From Mobula hypostoma (taxonomy: Eukaryota): 64,000 nt of DNA. A program made the translations under genes and the position numbers. Of this stretch, positions 37,741-51,600 are shown piece after piece (the first letter of the stretch is position 1; each line of letters starts with the position of its first letter). The notes under the pieces are model-generated. The model ran no database searches. It was given only the letters and a program-made list of their open reading frames with translations, and was not told the DNA's origin. The stretch covers positions 97,094,001-97,158,000 of the forward strand of contig NC_086097.1 in the NCBI RefSeq assembly GCF_963921235.1, read 5' to 3'.

Positions 37741-38589
37741 ACCCTATCTTTATTTGTTCTGATCTGGTGGCGGAGCTCAGATCTACCCTCTTCTGAGTCC
37801 AGGTCGACACCCCCACCGTGAGCTAGCTATTACTTTAACGAATAAACAATTATAACGATTCACAACAACAGGCTGTATAACTTCTGTCGTTCTAGCATGA
37901 AAACATCTCAAAATGGTGCTTTCGAGTTCCATAAAAGATGATATGGTCAATTTAAGCGACTGGGCGAGAATTTGTCAGAAGGGACAATGTGAAATCATCA
38001 TTTTTAAGGAAAGCAGTAAATCGTTTATATGGAACGAGGCTACCAAATATTCTGCTGCAAAGGGATCTGGGGTACCAGTACATTCGGCAGAACATATAGG
38101 CATGACAATAATTATGACGGCTTATGCAACATTTAGCTTTACTTCAAGGGCGAATGATCCGAAAAGTAGGCGTAATTTGATGACATTTAATAGGGAACGC
38201 AAAAAGCCACCTGCAGTGCTGCTCATGGTTTAGATCTCCACACAAAAGAATTATTTATTTTCTGAGAGGTGGTATAACTGAGGTGCACTGGGCTGATTCC
38301 AGTATTGAAGGGAGTTGAACAAGGCCCACTTGAAGTGAGAAGAACCTCCAATCCCATCTAAATATCCAGGATCTAATGGGGAGTAATGGGTGGGAGCTGA
38401 GCGGATATTTCCCTATGGGGATCTGAACAGAGGGGTTACAGTTGCAGGGGAAAACTAACTGCTTATTTCATTCAGAGAGGAAACATTTCTTCACTCAGAG
38501 AATCATGAACCTTTGATTTTTTTTCTGTCCTCAGGGAAGTCTGGTAATAGAGGAACTGAATAAATCGGAGTATGAGATGGATGGATAAC

Positions 38590-39560
38590 TGTATTCAAAA
38601 CAAGACCCAGGGTCCTATATGACTTTGAAAAGGCTTTCGGGATACATTGCCGGTCTCCTTCAGAGTGTGCCGTGATGGCGCTGTCATTCTCAAACTGAAG
38701 TTCTGTGCCAGTGTTGGTGCTGACCGTGTTCTTGGGCTTGAAGTGGTTGATTTCGAAAAGCTTGTTGTTCATTGAGATCCCCTGTGGCAGGTTTTGTCTA
38801 GTGAAATGCTGGATGGCTTCAATAAAGGTGGCAAATAGGGTGGCAAATAGGGTGGCAATGATGCAGCCCCGTTTGACTCCTGTCTTGATAGCAAGGGCGT
38901 CTGATTCAGACCCACCTTTGCTGAGTACTGTGGCTGACATGTTATCATGCAGTAACCTCAGTATTCGTAAGATAGCATGTTGGTCTACTGTAACAAATGC
39001 CTTTGCTAAATCTGAGAAAGCCAAGTACATCAGTTGCATTTGTTAACGGAATTTCTCCTGTATTGGGGCTCTGTAAATATCATGTCTGCGGTACCTCTAG
39101 AGGGGTAGAAACCACAATATGATTCAGGGAGTCCTTCACATCGTGCAAGCAGAAGCAGTAGATTGACACAGATACATGCACTTTGCCTGTTGCTGACAGG
39201 AGGAGATGCCTCTGTAGTTGCCTCTATCTACCTTGTCTTCCTTCTTGAATATGGTCACTATTAGAACACCCCGGAGCTCGGGGCAGTAGTTCCTTTTCAC
39301 AGTCCTTCAAGAGAAGGGCGTGTATGTGACACGGGAGTGGTAGTCCGCCTTCTTTGAAGATCTCTGCTGGGATCCCATCACGATCACTGGTTTCTCCACT
39401 TTCAGGCTCCTGATGGCATCATGGACCACTTTCATATTGGGAGGATCCCCATGGCTTCTCTCACAGGTCTCCGGAGGATTTGGTGGGTTACTAACCTCTG
39501 GTTCTGCAGTGCGGTTGTGGTTAAGAGGTTTGTGAAAATGTTCTTTCCATCAACGTTCCC
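38590..39560 (-). mobile_element. Degraded RTE-clade LINE RT fragment
   Basis: Peptide LYLAFSDLAKAF...IKTGVKRGCIIATLF. An endonuclease-like remnant (LLGDFNA) lies on the plus strand at ~40590-40890. Confidence 0.7.
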
Positions 39561-42500
39561 CCTTTTTTAATTTTACATCTGCGTAGTTCAGGAACTTTTT
39601 ACACAGCCTGAAAACTGCACGGCATTTTATGTTTAAGTTATATAAGAGAAAATACCAGCTGCGCGACATCTAAGGCTATGTGCGCAAGAGCATTTCAGTC
39701 ACTGTGCGCCCGCACACCGGCGCAGCTTAGAAAGATATTCTCCCGATCCTTTAGCAAGTTCTTCCCGTCGTTAAATACAGAGAAACTTGGACCATGGGCT
39801 ACTTTGGTGGCACTGAATAAGCCTTTAGTATCACCAGAGTCTTCCAGACTCTAGTTTTACAGGGCTTTAGCAGTCCACCAAGAATTCTTAAGTTTCCTCG
39901 CCCTTCGCTGGACGTGCACCTTGGCTCTCGTGAAAGCTTCTCTTCAGGCCTCACTGCTAATGTCACTCTGCCAGGCACAAAATGTTTTCCATTTCCTGGA
40001 GACGAGTTGTTCTATCTCAATGCCGTTGTCATCAAGCCAATCCTGCTGTTTTCTGGGCTTGTTCCCAAAGATGTTTCAGTAGGTATTGCGGATCCACTCC
40101 GGTCACGCCACTCAGGGAAGGGTCTGAAGAAGGTGCCCTAAAGTAGTCTGCCTCGAAACCATATGACTGGATTATCGTGTCCACAGCGATTGTCATTTGC
40201 CATTGGAAACAATGAAACGTGACCTTTGGAACATGGAGTGTGTGTACTCCGGTGGATAGTACATCCAGTGAGAAAGACAGCGATCATTGCTAGAGAACTG
40301 AAATTGATCTACTTCCTCTTTCTGAAGCCCTTCTCGCACACGAAGGGCAGCTGAAAGAGGAGAAGGGTGCTTATACTTTCTTTCTGGAAAGGGAAGGCAG
40401 CTGATGAGCTCAGGATCCACGATGCTGAGTTTGCAATAAAGAACAAACGTGTAGGCAACTATCTGAGCGTCCCGTGGGAACGTCTAATGATGATCCATTG
40501 GTGCTTGACAACAACCAGTTTGCAACCTCGGTGAATACTTGTGCATCAAATCTAGTCTCACATGACTATGAAAAAGAGGCCTGCTACCCTGCCAGCTTAA
40601 CTAAACACGACACTGTCGAGCATCCCCTGGGAGGATAAGCAAATTCTCTTTTGGGGACTTCAATGCCAGTATTGTTCAGGACTTAAAACTTGGAAAGGAA
40701 CCGTAGGAAAGAAATGTCCTGGTAACAGAATCTCAAATGGAGTACCACTTTTTCACCATATGTGCCGACCACCACGACCTCACCACGAGGAACACTTTCT
40801 TGCGCTAGAAAAATTAATTCAAGGCCCCCTGGCAGCACCTCCGATCTAAACAGTGGTATCTCATTGACTATGTCATTGTCCGAGATCGGGGTGGACTTTA
40901 AAGTATAAAATACCAAGCAGAATGGGCAGAGTTGGATATGAAACTGAAACTATGAAGTAATGATTTGTTGAATGACAAAGGTGACTGGCCGACTGGTCTA
41001 CTCCTGAGTCTGTATCATATGTTATTATGTACCAGATTGGTAAAAGTCCCCAAGGCCAGCTTTTAATTTGCATTAACTGAGGCGGGGGTTGGGGAGGGGG
41101 CAGGAGCTGGGTGGAGAGGATTGGAGTGTAGGTTCCAGACTTCATCGACTGCCAAACGGAGACAGTTTGTGTGCACACAGAAAAATTAAAAATATGGATG
41201 GGAACATTGGCACCTACCTTAGTTGGTAGACGCAGATACATTAAGGAATTCTTAGATAGGCAATGGATGATAGAAAAATGGAGGGGGAGGTGTTGTGAGA
41301 GGTAAGGGTTAGGTTGATCTTATAACCACATTGATTTGGTTATATTCCACCACTCCTTCGAAACCACAGAATGCAATTATTCTTATTTGATGTGCTGATA
41401 TTAGTATCCCTTTCAGATATTCTCTACCTGTTCTTATAGAATCTATAAGATCTAGAATATAGCTCCAGTGTTTACATTCATGAATGTGGAATACTCCAAT
41501 AATGAAACCAGCCCCAAACATCGCTATCCCGCCCATCCTTACTCCAGCTTCTAAACCACACTCTCAGCGGCCGCCTTTGTCTTGAGTGTTTTTGTAGTGC
41601 GCTCTCTTGCGGCTTTTCCACGGCTCATCTAAGATGACTCAGTCCCAAAATCGTATGTTAATTATTATGATTTACTGACAAATTGACAATAATGGGAATT
41701 GGCCTGACCTGAGGTCTTGCGTTGTTATTGCACTGATTTCAAATTATAGCGCGATGGACTGTTACTCCAAGATGGTCATGCCCTTCTCTGCAAGCTGTAC
41801 GATATTAAGACACACATAAGATAGCCGGGCTGCGGAGTTAGTCAGTTAGTCGGATGTGCCACGGAGGTAAAAAGCATCTTGCCTTGAGTATTTTGGATGA
41901 GGAAGGTCACAGAGAAACAAATTGATGACACGAATTGTAGCGAATTAATAAGGACTGGGTGCATTCAGATCGACGAAGTACAGAACTCGGTGCTCCTAGT
42001 CAAAGAATAACATTTGTACACATTATTTCGCCTGGCCATTCGACAGTGAACTGTTCGAACTGCCCCCAATGTCACCACTCCATTGAAGGCTTAAGGGCTA
42101 ACTATTGCGCACCGTGGCTGCTTACTCCTGGTAGTTGGTGTTCGGTCCTGAATGAATGTAGGGTTGATACCTCCAACGATAATATTTCAGCATTCTAGTA
42201 CCAATCCGGAGGTCCGCGTCTTTTGTCTACTCAGTAACTGCACGTTTAAAGAAGTTTCGGAAAATTATGTCGATAATTAATAGAGCTAAATGTTATTCTT
42301 CTGGAAAACCGATTTTCCCAGCATTAGATTGAAAAAATCCTACATGTGGAGGATAATTCGGTCCAGCGAGTTTCTGCTATCTGACTGAGAAACCCTACCA
42401 ATCCCACAACTAGTTTCCCTGTACTCTATTAGTGTACCACTCACTTACACTAGATGCAAATTATAGTGGCCAATTAAAATGTAGCCCGACCGCAATAGTC

Positions 42501-42779
42501 TTGTAACTGGAAAATGGCCGCATCGCCCACGAGGAACTTGGAAGTAGGCAATATTCAATTCAGATTACAAAATCAGACGTGCCTTTCCTAATTACCTGAT
42601 TATCCTTCCCTATGTCAATCGGAGGTAGTGCATAAATAGCAATTCGCGCGTCTCCTTCTCTTTGACAATTAGGTACAACCTGGAACTTACATTGACTGAT
42701 GTAATATAAATTATTTCAACTGCATATGGATAAATGAAACGTTTAAAATTCAACGTGAAACGGGCCTGCAGTTACAGAA

Positions 42780-43290
42780 TCACAGAGTCATAGAACAGTA
42801 CAACACAGAAACACGCCATTTGGCCTATCTAGTCCGTACCAAACGATTTAACCAGCCTACTCCCATCAACCTGCACAGGGACAATACCAATCCACACCCC
42901 TACCGTTCATGTACCTATCCAAACATCTTTTAATAGGACAGTAGTCGCACTTTTGGTTCTGGACTTAGTCTGAAGTGTTAACAATCGTTCCACTAACTGT
43001 TCTGCCACTCTGGTTCCTATCCCCCTGCAAGTCTGGTTTAAACCCCACCTTGCAGCACTAGCAAACCTTCCCGCTAGGATATTAGTCCCCCTCCATTTCA
43101 GGTGCAAACCATCCCTTCTGTACCGGTCCCAACTTCCCTGGAAGCGAGACCGATGATCCAGAAATGTTATGCTCTCCCTCCTAGACCAACTCATTAGGCA
43201 GGAGTTGTATAATACAGGACTGTATGATATTCTTATTTCTGGTCTCACTAGCACGTGGCATGGGCAGCACGACATCACAAGCTTGGAAGT
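42780..43290 (-). mobile_element. CR1 fragments (ORF1 esterase + 3' tail)
   Basis: Peptide YRRDGLHLKWRGTNILAGRF. Confidence 0.7.
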
Positions 43291-43339
43291 GAATTTGTTA
43301 TTTTTGCTGTGTCGTCGCCATGTCAAGTCTGGGTTGCGG

Positions 43340-44655
43340 TGGGGTCTTCTGTAGGATCCTACCACTAAACATGTCTTTCCCTATTGTTCCCCCCACCCCC
43401 GCACCTCCCGCTTTCCGCAGGATTCGCTCACGACGTGACTTTCTTGTCCTCTCTTACCTTCCCGCTGATCTTCCTCCGGGGCACGTATCCTCCCGGCAAG
43501 CGGGACAACTGCTGCACCTGCCCCTACACCTCCCCCCTCATACCATTAAGAGCCCCAAACAGTCCTTCCAGGCGAGGCAACACTTCACTTGTGTGTCTTT
43601 CGGGGTTGCCCACTTAGGTCGGTGCGGCCTCGTCTACATCGGTGAGACCCGACGTAGATCTGGGGACGGCCTCGTCGAGAACCTTCGGCCGTTCCACAAA
43701 AAAGTATGATTTTCTCGGTGACCGCTCATTTTATTTCTGCTCCTCATTCCCATTCCCATTCCCACATGTCATTCCATGATCTCCTATGCGGTCATGATGA
43801 GGCCACTCTCCGTTTGGAGGAGCAACACCTCAGATTCCGTCTGGGTAGCCTCCAACCCGATGGCATGAACATCGATTTCTTCAGCTTCCGATGATTTGTC
43901 CCTCTCTTCCATATTTTACATCCCCACCCTGGTTCCCCTCTTACCCCTTCCCTTCTCCTCGCTTGCCCATTATATCCCTCTGGTCTCCCACTTCCTTACC
44001 CTTTTCCCCATGACCCGTGTTCTCTGACATCACATTCCTTCTTCAGCATCCCTTTACCTCTTCCACCTGTCACGCCCAGCTGATCTCTTCATCTCCCCTG
44101 TCCCACTCACCTACCCACAATCCCCCTTACCTGGTTTCACCTATCACCTGCCAGCTTGTACTCCGGCCCTACCCCACCCTGTGATGGCCCAAGTGCGGAG
44201 CGAGAGACACGAACGCGGAATGAACTAAATCTTTATAGGAACTAGGCAGAACAAAAGGAAAGTAATAAATGTTAGACCAACAGGATCGTTAACTGAAACC
44301 CCCAACTAAAAATCTACGCCGACACTGCTGCTCGGAAGCTGGAACATAATACTAAATAAATTCCGCTGCTTTACAGCGTCAATCTAAATTGTGGTCTTTT
44401 TTCTCGGAATGTGGAATAAGGCAAGCAGGGAGCGTTGCTGTCTCGTGTTCTGCTCAAAATTTGATAAGGACTGAAACGAAAGGATTTCAATACCCCAATT
44501 TGCTGCAACATACATTCTCGTGAGCGTGACTGCCGACTCTTTTTAGTTGCCCGTCTGCGAGGGCGCCCGGACTTCATGCAGAGTCAGTAGTTGTGACATA
44601 ATCTGGCTTCTTCCGCCTTCCTTTCCTGACCTGATCTCGGCCAGAAACGCCGACT
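43340..44655 (+). mobile_element. Older Penelope-like 3' fragment (GIY-YIG + pLTR) with a TG...CA insert at ~44180-44597
   Basis: YIGETRRR and LRLEEQHLRFRLGSLQPDGMN. The pLTR resumes at 44598 with a partly deleted hammerhead. Confidence 0.8.
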
Positions 44656-45601
44656 ATTAAGTATGAGCAGAAATGGGGGGAAATGTAAGGTTATACGGTG
44701 CTGCTGATAGTACGATATAGGTTTGAAGTGACACAAATATAAATAGGGCGGTGTTGGAAGCCTATCTGGGAGAGAAGTATTTTGTGTGTTTGAATGCTGG
44801 TAGAGGTACAAGGATAAATCTATTTAACAACACTCATTCTGCTATAGACCTTACGCTGGTATCTGAGGATATATAAAACTCTGCTTAACTGGGATGTATA
44901 ATGATACGACAGTGACGAGTAATCATCTCCCCGGTATTTGTACAATGGGAATAGGTGTGTATCATATTATTCCTATCTCCAGATGGAATTTTAAACAGAC
45001 AAATTGGGATGTATTTAATGATTTATGTGAAAGTAGATTTCCCGATCATTTGGTTTTGGAGGAGATCAAGTTGAGTAGGAATATCTGTCCTGATGAAGGG
45101 TCTCGGCCTGAAACATTGGCTGCTTATTACCATTCATAGATGCCGCCTAACCTGCTAAGCTCCTCCAGCACATTGTGTGTATCGCTGTAGATTTCCAGCA
45201 CCTGTAATACCTCGTACTCTGTACGCAACTCAAGATCTAAGGGATCCGTTCCCAGATGGTTGAGAGATAATAAAAGGAAAGCTGTTCCCTGGTGGGTGGA
45301 TGGATGTAAAAGAGCTGTGAAGGAGCAGAATAAATCTTTAGAAAAGTTAGGCATTGTTACGCCTGGTCGTCTTTCATATAATATAAAAGAGCTCAAGCTA
45401 TAGTTAGAAGAGTAGTGAGAAAGGCAAAGAAAATGTATTAAAGAGCGTACAGTGCCAGCGTTGGGAAAGAGGTCCAGGTAGGAGAAGTTTTGGGTATGAT
45501 ACAGAAAGTGGACAAAGTTAGAAAACTTGATGCATGGTGGGGAGAAGAGTACGATTATTGGCTCTGAGGAAGAGGCATATGTCAGTGTTCATAGTTCGGT
45601 C

Positions 45602-48600
45602 TGTTACATGCTCAAGGAGATCTGTTTTTTGTGAGAATGCTGTAATGGTCTTTTGGAGGTCACCTGATGTGATTTTCCCGCCGATGTGAGGTCACGTGAT
45701 GACATGTTCCCCGCCCCCCCCGTGTCTATATAAGGGTCGACTCAGGTGACGCAGTGGGTTTTTGAGTTTGTAGATTTCCTGGTGGAACGTGTTGTGCCTC
45801 CGTTTCTGTTGCGTGTTTATTTTTGTGCCGCAGTTTCATTTTTAAAACGGAAGGTGCGTTCTCTTGCAAGATATTGCATTTGGATTGGAAATTTGAGGCT
45901 GGAAGTGCCAATTTACTCAATTCCGACAATTCTGAAGGGAGAGTGAAGAATTCATCAAAGTGAAGCATCGACAGAAGTCGGCATAGTTTGGCAGTTTAAT
46001 AAAGGATCGACCTTATTGCGTCTTCGTTGAAGAGAACCTGCATTGAGATAACTCTTGTAAAAGCGCAATGAGTTCATGCACAAAGGCTCTCTCTCGAAAA
46101 GGAAGTTAAGGTCAGTCGATATAAACTGTTTATTTTCGGCATCGGGAATCCTGTGGACAGAATCAGCAGTAAAGGTGCGTCTGTGAATAAATCCTTCTCC
46201 AGAGAAGTCTCTCCCAATTGAATGTGTAAAACCGTTGGACTTTAGAAGTTTTCGCTTTAAGAACTATATCTGATTGTATCGCTTTAAGAAATGTTTTCGC
46301 ATTTAACGCTTTAAGAACCAGAGCCGAGTGGAGTTGATGAACGGCTGCGTACCTGTTTAACCTCCGGTTAAAATTTTCCTTTTTTTTTCTTTTATCGTTT
46401 ATACATGTTTAATAAATGTTTGGTTGTTTTCATAAAACCTGTCTCGATTAATATTCATTGTTGCCGGTTACGTAACATAATTTTGTGGGTGCTCGTGGGA
46501 TATGTTCTGATTCTGAGTTTAAGTGCTGATAATTGCCATTTTGATTTGGTAAAAGGGAATACCCGGTTTTTTTTTTGGTTTGATTGGTGTATGTGTTGTA
46601 TTCGGCAACAATGGATATTGACGAGTTTTAGAAGACGCCTGACTCGGGATTTTTAAAGAATGCGAGAAAACCTGTGGTATTGGAGATTGCTAAGAAGTTG
46701 GATATTAAAGGAATTACGAGGAATTCTACCAAGGCTTTCATACAAAGGAAAATTGCTGAACATTCTATTAATTTGGAATGTTTTGAGGAGGAGGTGTTAG
46801 AGAAGTTTCCAATGAGTAATCTCGAAATGCAGTTGCATCTTGAACAGTTAAAGTTTGAAAGATTTAAAGTGGAAATGAGAGGAAGAGAAGCTGAAAACCA
46901 GAGGAAATTTGAGCTAGAGATGGAGAAAATAGGGTCTGGGAATCAGTCTTCTGGTTCTACAAAACAATTTATTGCTAGTCGTGAGGTTGTTTTGGCTCCT
47001 CCATTTAATGAAACTGATGTGGATGCATATTTTCAGCATTTCGAAACAGTTGCTCTGAGTTTAAAGTGGCCAAAGGACCAATGGCCAGTGATGTTACAAA
47101 GTGTAATTAAAGGCAAGGCACAACAAGTTTACACAGCTTTAAATGCTGAGCAAGCACTGGATTATGATATTGTTAAAGAGAATATATTAAAAGCATACGA
47201 GATGGTTCCGGAAGTGTATAGAGAAAGATTTAGAAGTTTAAAGAAATCGGTGGAAAAAACTTGTGGAATTTGCTTATGAGAAATCTGTGTTTTGAGAGAT
47301 GGGTTTCCTCTAAAAATGTGAATGGGGAGTATAATAAATTGAAAGAGCTGATTTTGCAGGAGGAATTTAAAAGAAGCATTCCTGTTGAAGTGAGAACATA
47401 CTTAAATGAACGGGACACTGCTACATTGCAGGAAATTGCTAAGTTGGCTGATGAGTATGTTTTAATTCACAAGAATAAATTTTCTCCAGGTACAATTTTT
47501 AAAAGGAAAACTAGCACAGAGAGTCAAGGTAAATCAGAAATTAAATCTGAAGTTAGTGAGAAAAGTAAGGATGAAGGGAGACGTGAAGGAAAGACATTTT
47601 GGTATTATTTGTAATTATTGTTAAGAAACCTGGACCTGTAGTGGCTAATTGCTTCTGATTGAAACGGAAAGAGAAAGAAGTGGCCCCAGATGCTTGTGTG
47701 CAGCATATTGAAAAACCTGTAAAACCACAGGGTTTAGGAAATATTAATGAAGATGTGTCAGAGTCTGACCAAGTTAAGAAGGGATATGAGGCTTTTATAG
47801 CAGAAGGATTTGTATCCTTGAAAGAAGGATCCAATGCAGTACTGATAAGGATACTTAGAGATACTGGAGCTTCACAATCACTAATATTAGATAGTGTGTT
47901 AAGGTTTAGTGATGAGTCTGACATTGATGAGGTAAATTATATAAGAGGAGTAGGGAGTGCCCTTATGCCAGTACATTAACATAGAGTAAATTTAAGGTCA
48001 GGATTAGTTACAGGGGTTGTTAAAGTAGGACTACAATCCAGTTTACCTGTGAATGATGTTTCTCTTTTGTTAGGGAATGATTTAGCAGGTGGACAAGTTT
48101 TTCCTGAAGTGCATTTGACAATAAATTCAAATTCTGAGGAACCACAGAGGGATTCTAACATAGATTCTTCCTGTGTTGTAACAAAAGCTATGGCTAAAAA
48201 AGACTGATGTAAAAGATGTGGTTGTTACCCATGACAGTTCAAATCAAGATTTGAATTTTGAGGATGTATCAGAAACTTTCTTATCTACCTTATTTGATCA
48301 GGATTTTGATGGTAAGTCTGATGGGAAGATTTGTCTTTATCTCGGAAGGAGATGATAGCAGAGCAGGGTAGGGATCCTGAGATAGTTAAATTAAAAGAGC
48401 AAGCCCTTCCAGATAGTGAAATTGTAAAAGTACTAGTTGGATATTATTTTGAAAAGGGGGTATTAATGAGAAAGTGGAGATCGCCTACAATTCTTGCTAA
48501 TGAGGAATGGGAAGTTAATCATCAGGTTGTTGTTCCTAAAATTTACCGAAATGAGATTTTGACTATGCCTCATAGTATTCCTTTGGGTGGTCATTTAGGG

Positions 48601-51600
48601 ATAAAGAAAACTATGAACAAAGTTTCTAAACATTTTTATTGGCCTAGTTTAAGACAAGATGTGGCGACATTTTGTAGAACATGTCATACATGTCAAATTG
48701 TGGGTAAACCTAATCAGGTTACTCCAGTGGCCCCACTGCAACCAATTCCAGTATTCGGTGAGCCGTTTTCAAAAATCATTGTAGACTGTGTAGGTCCTTT
48801 GCCAAAAACTAAAACTGGACATCAATATTTATTAACTATTATGTGTACAGCATCTAGGTTTCCAGAGGCAGTACCTCTTAGGAATATAATAGCCAAAACT
48901 GTGACAAAGGCTCTTATAAAATTCTTCACTTATTTTGGGTTCCCTAAGGAAATACAATCTGATCAAGGAAGTAATTTTATGTTTGGGTTGTTTCAGCAGA
49001 TAGTTTATAAACTGGGAGCAAAGCAGATTATTTCCTCAGCCTATCATCCAGGATCACAAGGAGCCTTGGAGAGATTTCATTCTACATTAAAAACTATGAT
49101 TAGGACATATTGTGTAGAAAATGAAAAGGATTGGGATGAAGGTATACAGTTACTACCTTTTGCAGTCAGGGAGGTAGTACAGGAATCATGAGGTTTTAGT
49201 CCTATTGAACTTGTGTTTGGACATAGAGTTCGAGGACCTTTGGCTTTGTTGAAGGAACAGTGGATTAATAAAGAAGTATACACTAGTTTGTTAGATTATG
49301 TTTTGAAATTTAAAGACAGGTTGTACAAAGCTTGTAGTATGGCCAAAGAAAATTTTAAGTTAGCTCAAGAGAACATGAAGACGTGGTATGATAAGGAAGC
49401 TACGATGAAGTCATTTAAGCCTGGAGATAAGGTGTTGGTTCTTTTCCCAGTGGAAATGAACCCATTACAGCAAAATTCCATAGTCCTTATGAGATTAAAT
49501 CTAAGGTAAATGAGGTGGATTATGTGGTAAAAACCGCAGATAGGAGAAAGACAACACAGCTGTGTCATATAAATATGATAAAGCCGTATTATGAGAGAGA
49601 GGTTGTTACTGTGACTGTTAAGGAAAAGGGTTAAGGAAATTAAACTCCAATTTAATAATCCAGTTTAATGTTACAGGAGTAGAATATTTTGATCACTCAT
49701 ATCAAGGGTAAAGATAATGTGATCACTGACAGTTTGTCTAGATGTTGAATGTACAATGAAAATTTTTTTTTTGAAGTGATGTTTTTAATCATTTGTAACA
49801 CTCCTACTGTACATTAGTTTGTAAAGGACTGAAAGATAAGATTGTATATATTGTGTATTTTGTAAATTTTATACCTTTGTATTTTTTTGTATAAATTGTT
49901 AAATTTTTGTTTTTCGAGAGACCAAAAATTTTTTTTTTTGGAGAGAGGTGTTACATGCTCAAGGAGATCTGTTTTTTTTGTGAGAATGCTGTAATGGTCT
50001 TTTGGAGGTCACCTGATGTGATTTTCCCACCGATGTGAGGTCACGTGATGATATGTGCCTCCCCCCCCCCCGTGTCTATATAAGGGTCGACTCAAGTGAC
50101 GCAGTGGGTTTTTGAGTTTGTAGATTTCCAGGTAGAATGTGTTGTGCCTCCGTTTCTGTTGCGTGTTTGTTCTTGTGACGCAGTTTCATTTTTAAAACGA
50201 GAGGTGCGTTCTCTTACAAGATATTGCGTTTGGATTGGAAATTTGAGGCTGGAAGTGCCAATTTACTCAATTCCGACAATTTTGAAGGGAGAGTGAAGAA
50301 TTCATCGAAGTGAAGCATCGAGAGAAGTCGGCATCGTTTGGCAGTTTAATAAAGAATCGACCTTATGGAGTCTTCGTTTGAAGAGAACCTGCTTTGAGAT
50401 AACTCTTGCAAAAGGGCAATGAGTTCATGCAAAAAGGTGCTCTCTCTAAAAGGAATTTAAGGTCGTCAATTTAAACTGGTTATTTTCAGCATTATGAATC
50501 CTGTGGACAGAACCAGCAGTAAAGGTGCGTCTGTGAATAAATCCTTCTCCGGAGAAGTCTCTCCCAATTGAATGCGTTAAACTGTTGGACTTTAGAAGTT
50601 ATCGCTTTAAGAACTATATCTGACTGTATCGCTTTAAGAAATGTTTTTGCATTTAACGCTTTAAGAACCAGAGCCGAGTGGAGTTGATGAACGGCTGCGT
50701 ACCTGTTTAACCTCCGGTTAAAATTTTCCTTTGTTTTTTTTTCTCTTATCGTTTGTACGTGTTTAATAAATGTTTGGTTGTTTTCATAAAACCTGTCTCG
50801 ATTAATATTCATTGTTGCTGGTGTAGCCCCCCTGGCCACCCTCAGGGTCGCTCGGCTCGCTGTCGTCTAGGGAAACAGCCTCGGCCCTGCCAAACTGGAT
50901 AATTCGTTTATGTGGATGCTGTGTGAGGTACCCCACCCCGCCCAAATAACAGACAATACACCAGATGCAATTAAATGATATACAGTTTATAGATATTACT
51001 GGAACTATATAATTAAAAGAGAATAAATTATAAAAGGAAAATAAAAGGTGCCACACTTATCAGAGTTCAATCTCTTCGTGCACAAAAACCCGTTGGAGCT
51101 CAAGGACCTTCTTCTTCACCCTGCGACCCCCTCGGACCACCTCGACCGGCCGCCTGGGACCAACAACGGTGGTCAACCAGACGCTCCACAGGAGTCCGTC
51201 TCCTTGCCGAACGTCCCGCTCGGGGTCCGACCCCGTTAGCGGACTCACAGCACCTCGTCCATCCTCTGTCTCGCTCTCCCGCCTTCTACCCCAAAACCCC
51301 GCGCATACAGTATCTTCAAATACACCAAAACCATAACAACTATCCCAATTGGTTAATAACGTTTTTCTTATCACCTTCTGAACCAAAGTAGTGCAAACTT
51401 TCTCAACGTTTAACACAACAAAGCCGCATTCCCCAGATTAACATAACAAAGACGCCATTTTAATTAGCCTCCGCAGTAACATAAAAATCGAAACCCCCTT
51501 ACACTCTCCCCCCACCAAATAAAGTCATGTCCTCATGACTTCTAAATAACTCGCCACCCAGTCCTGCAGACACACAACACACACATACACAGATACACAC

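Noticed and set aside
39650..42760. Scattered short ORFs upstream of the EEF1AKMT3-like gene
   Set aside because: No recognisable domains or consistent splice structure. Probably decayed repeats and intergenic DNA.
45726..45968. Short ORFs repeated in LTRs (also 50096-50296, 51048-51416, 54229-54768)
   Set aside because: They recur only because the LTRs are duplicated. No protein features.
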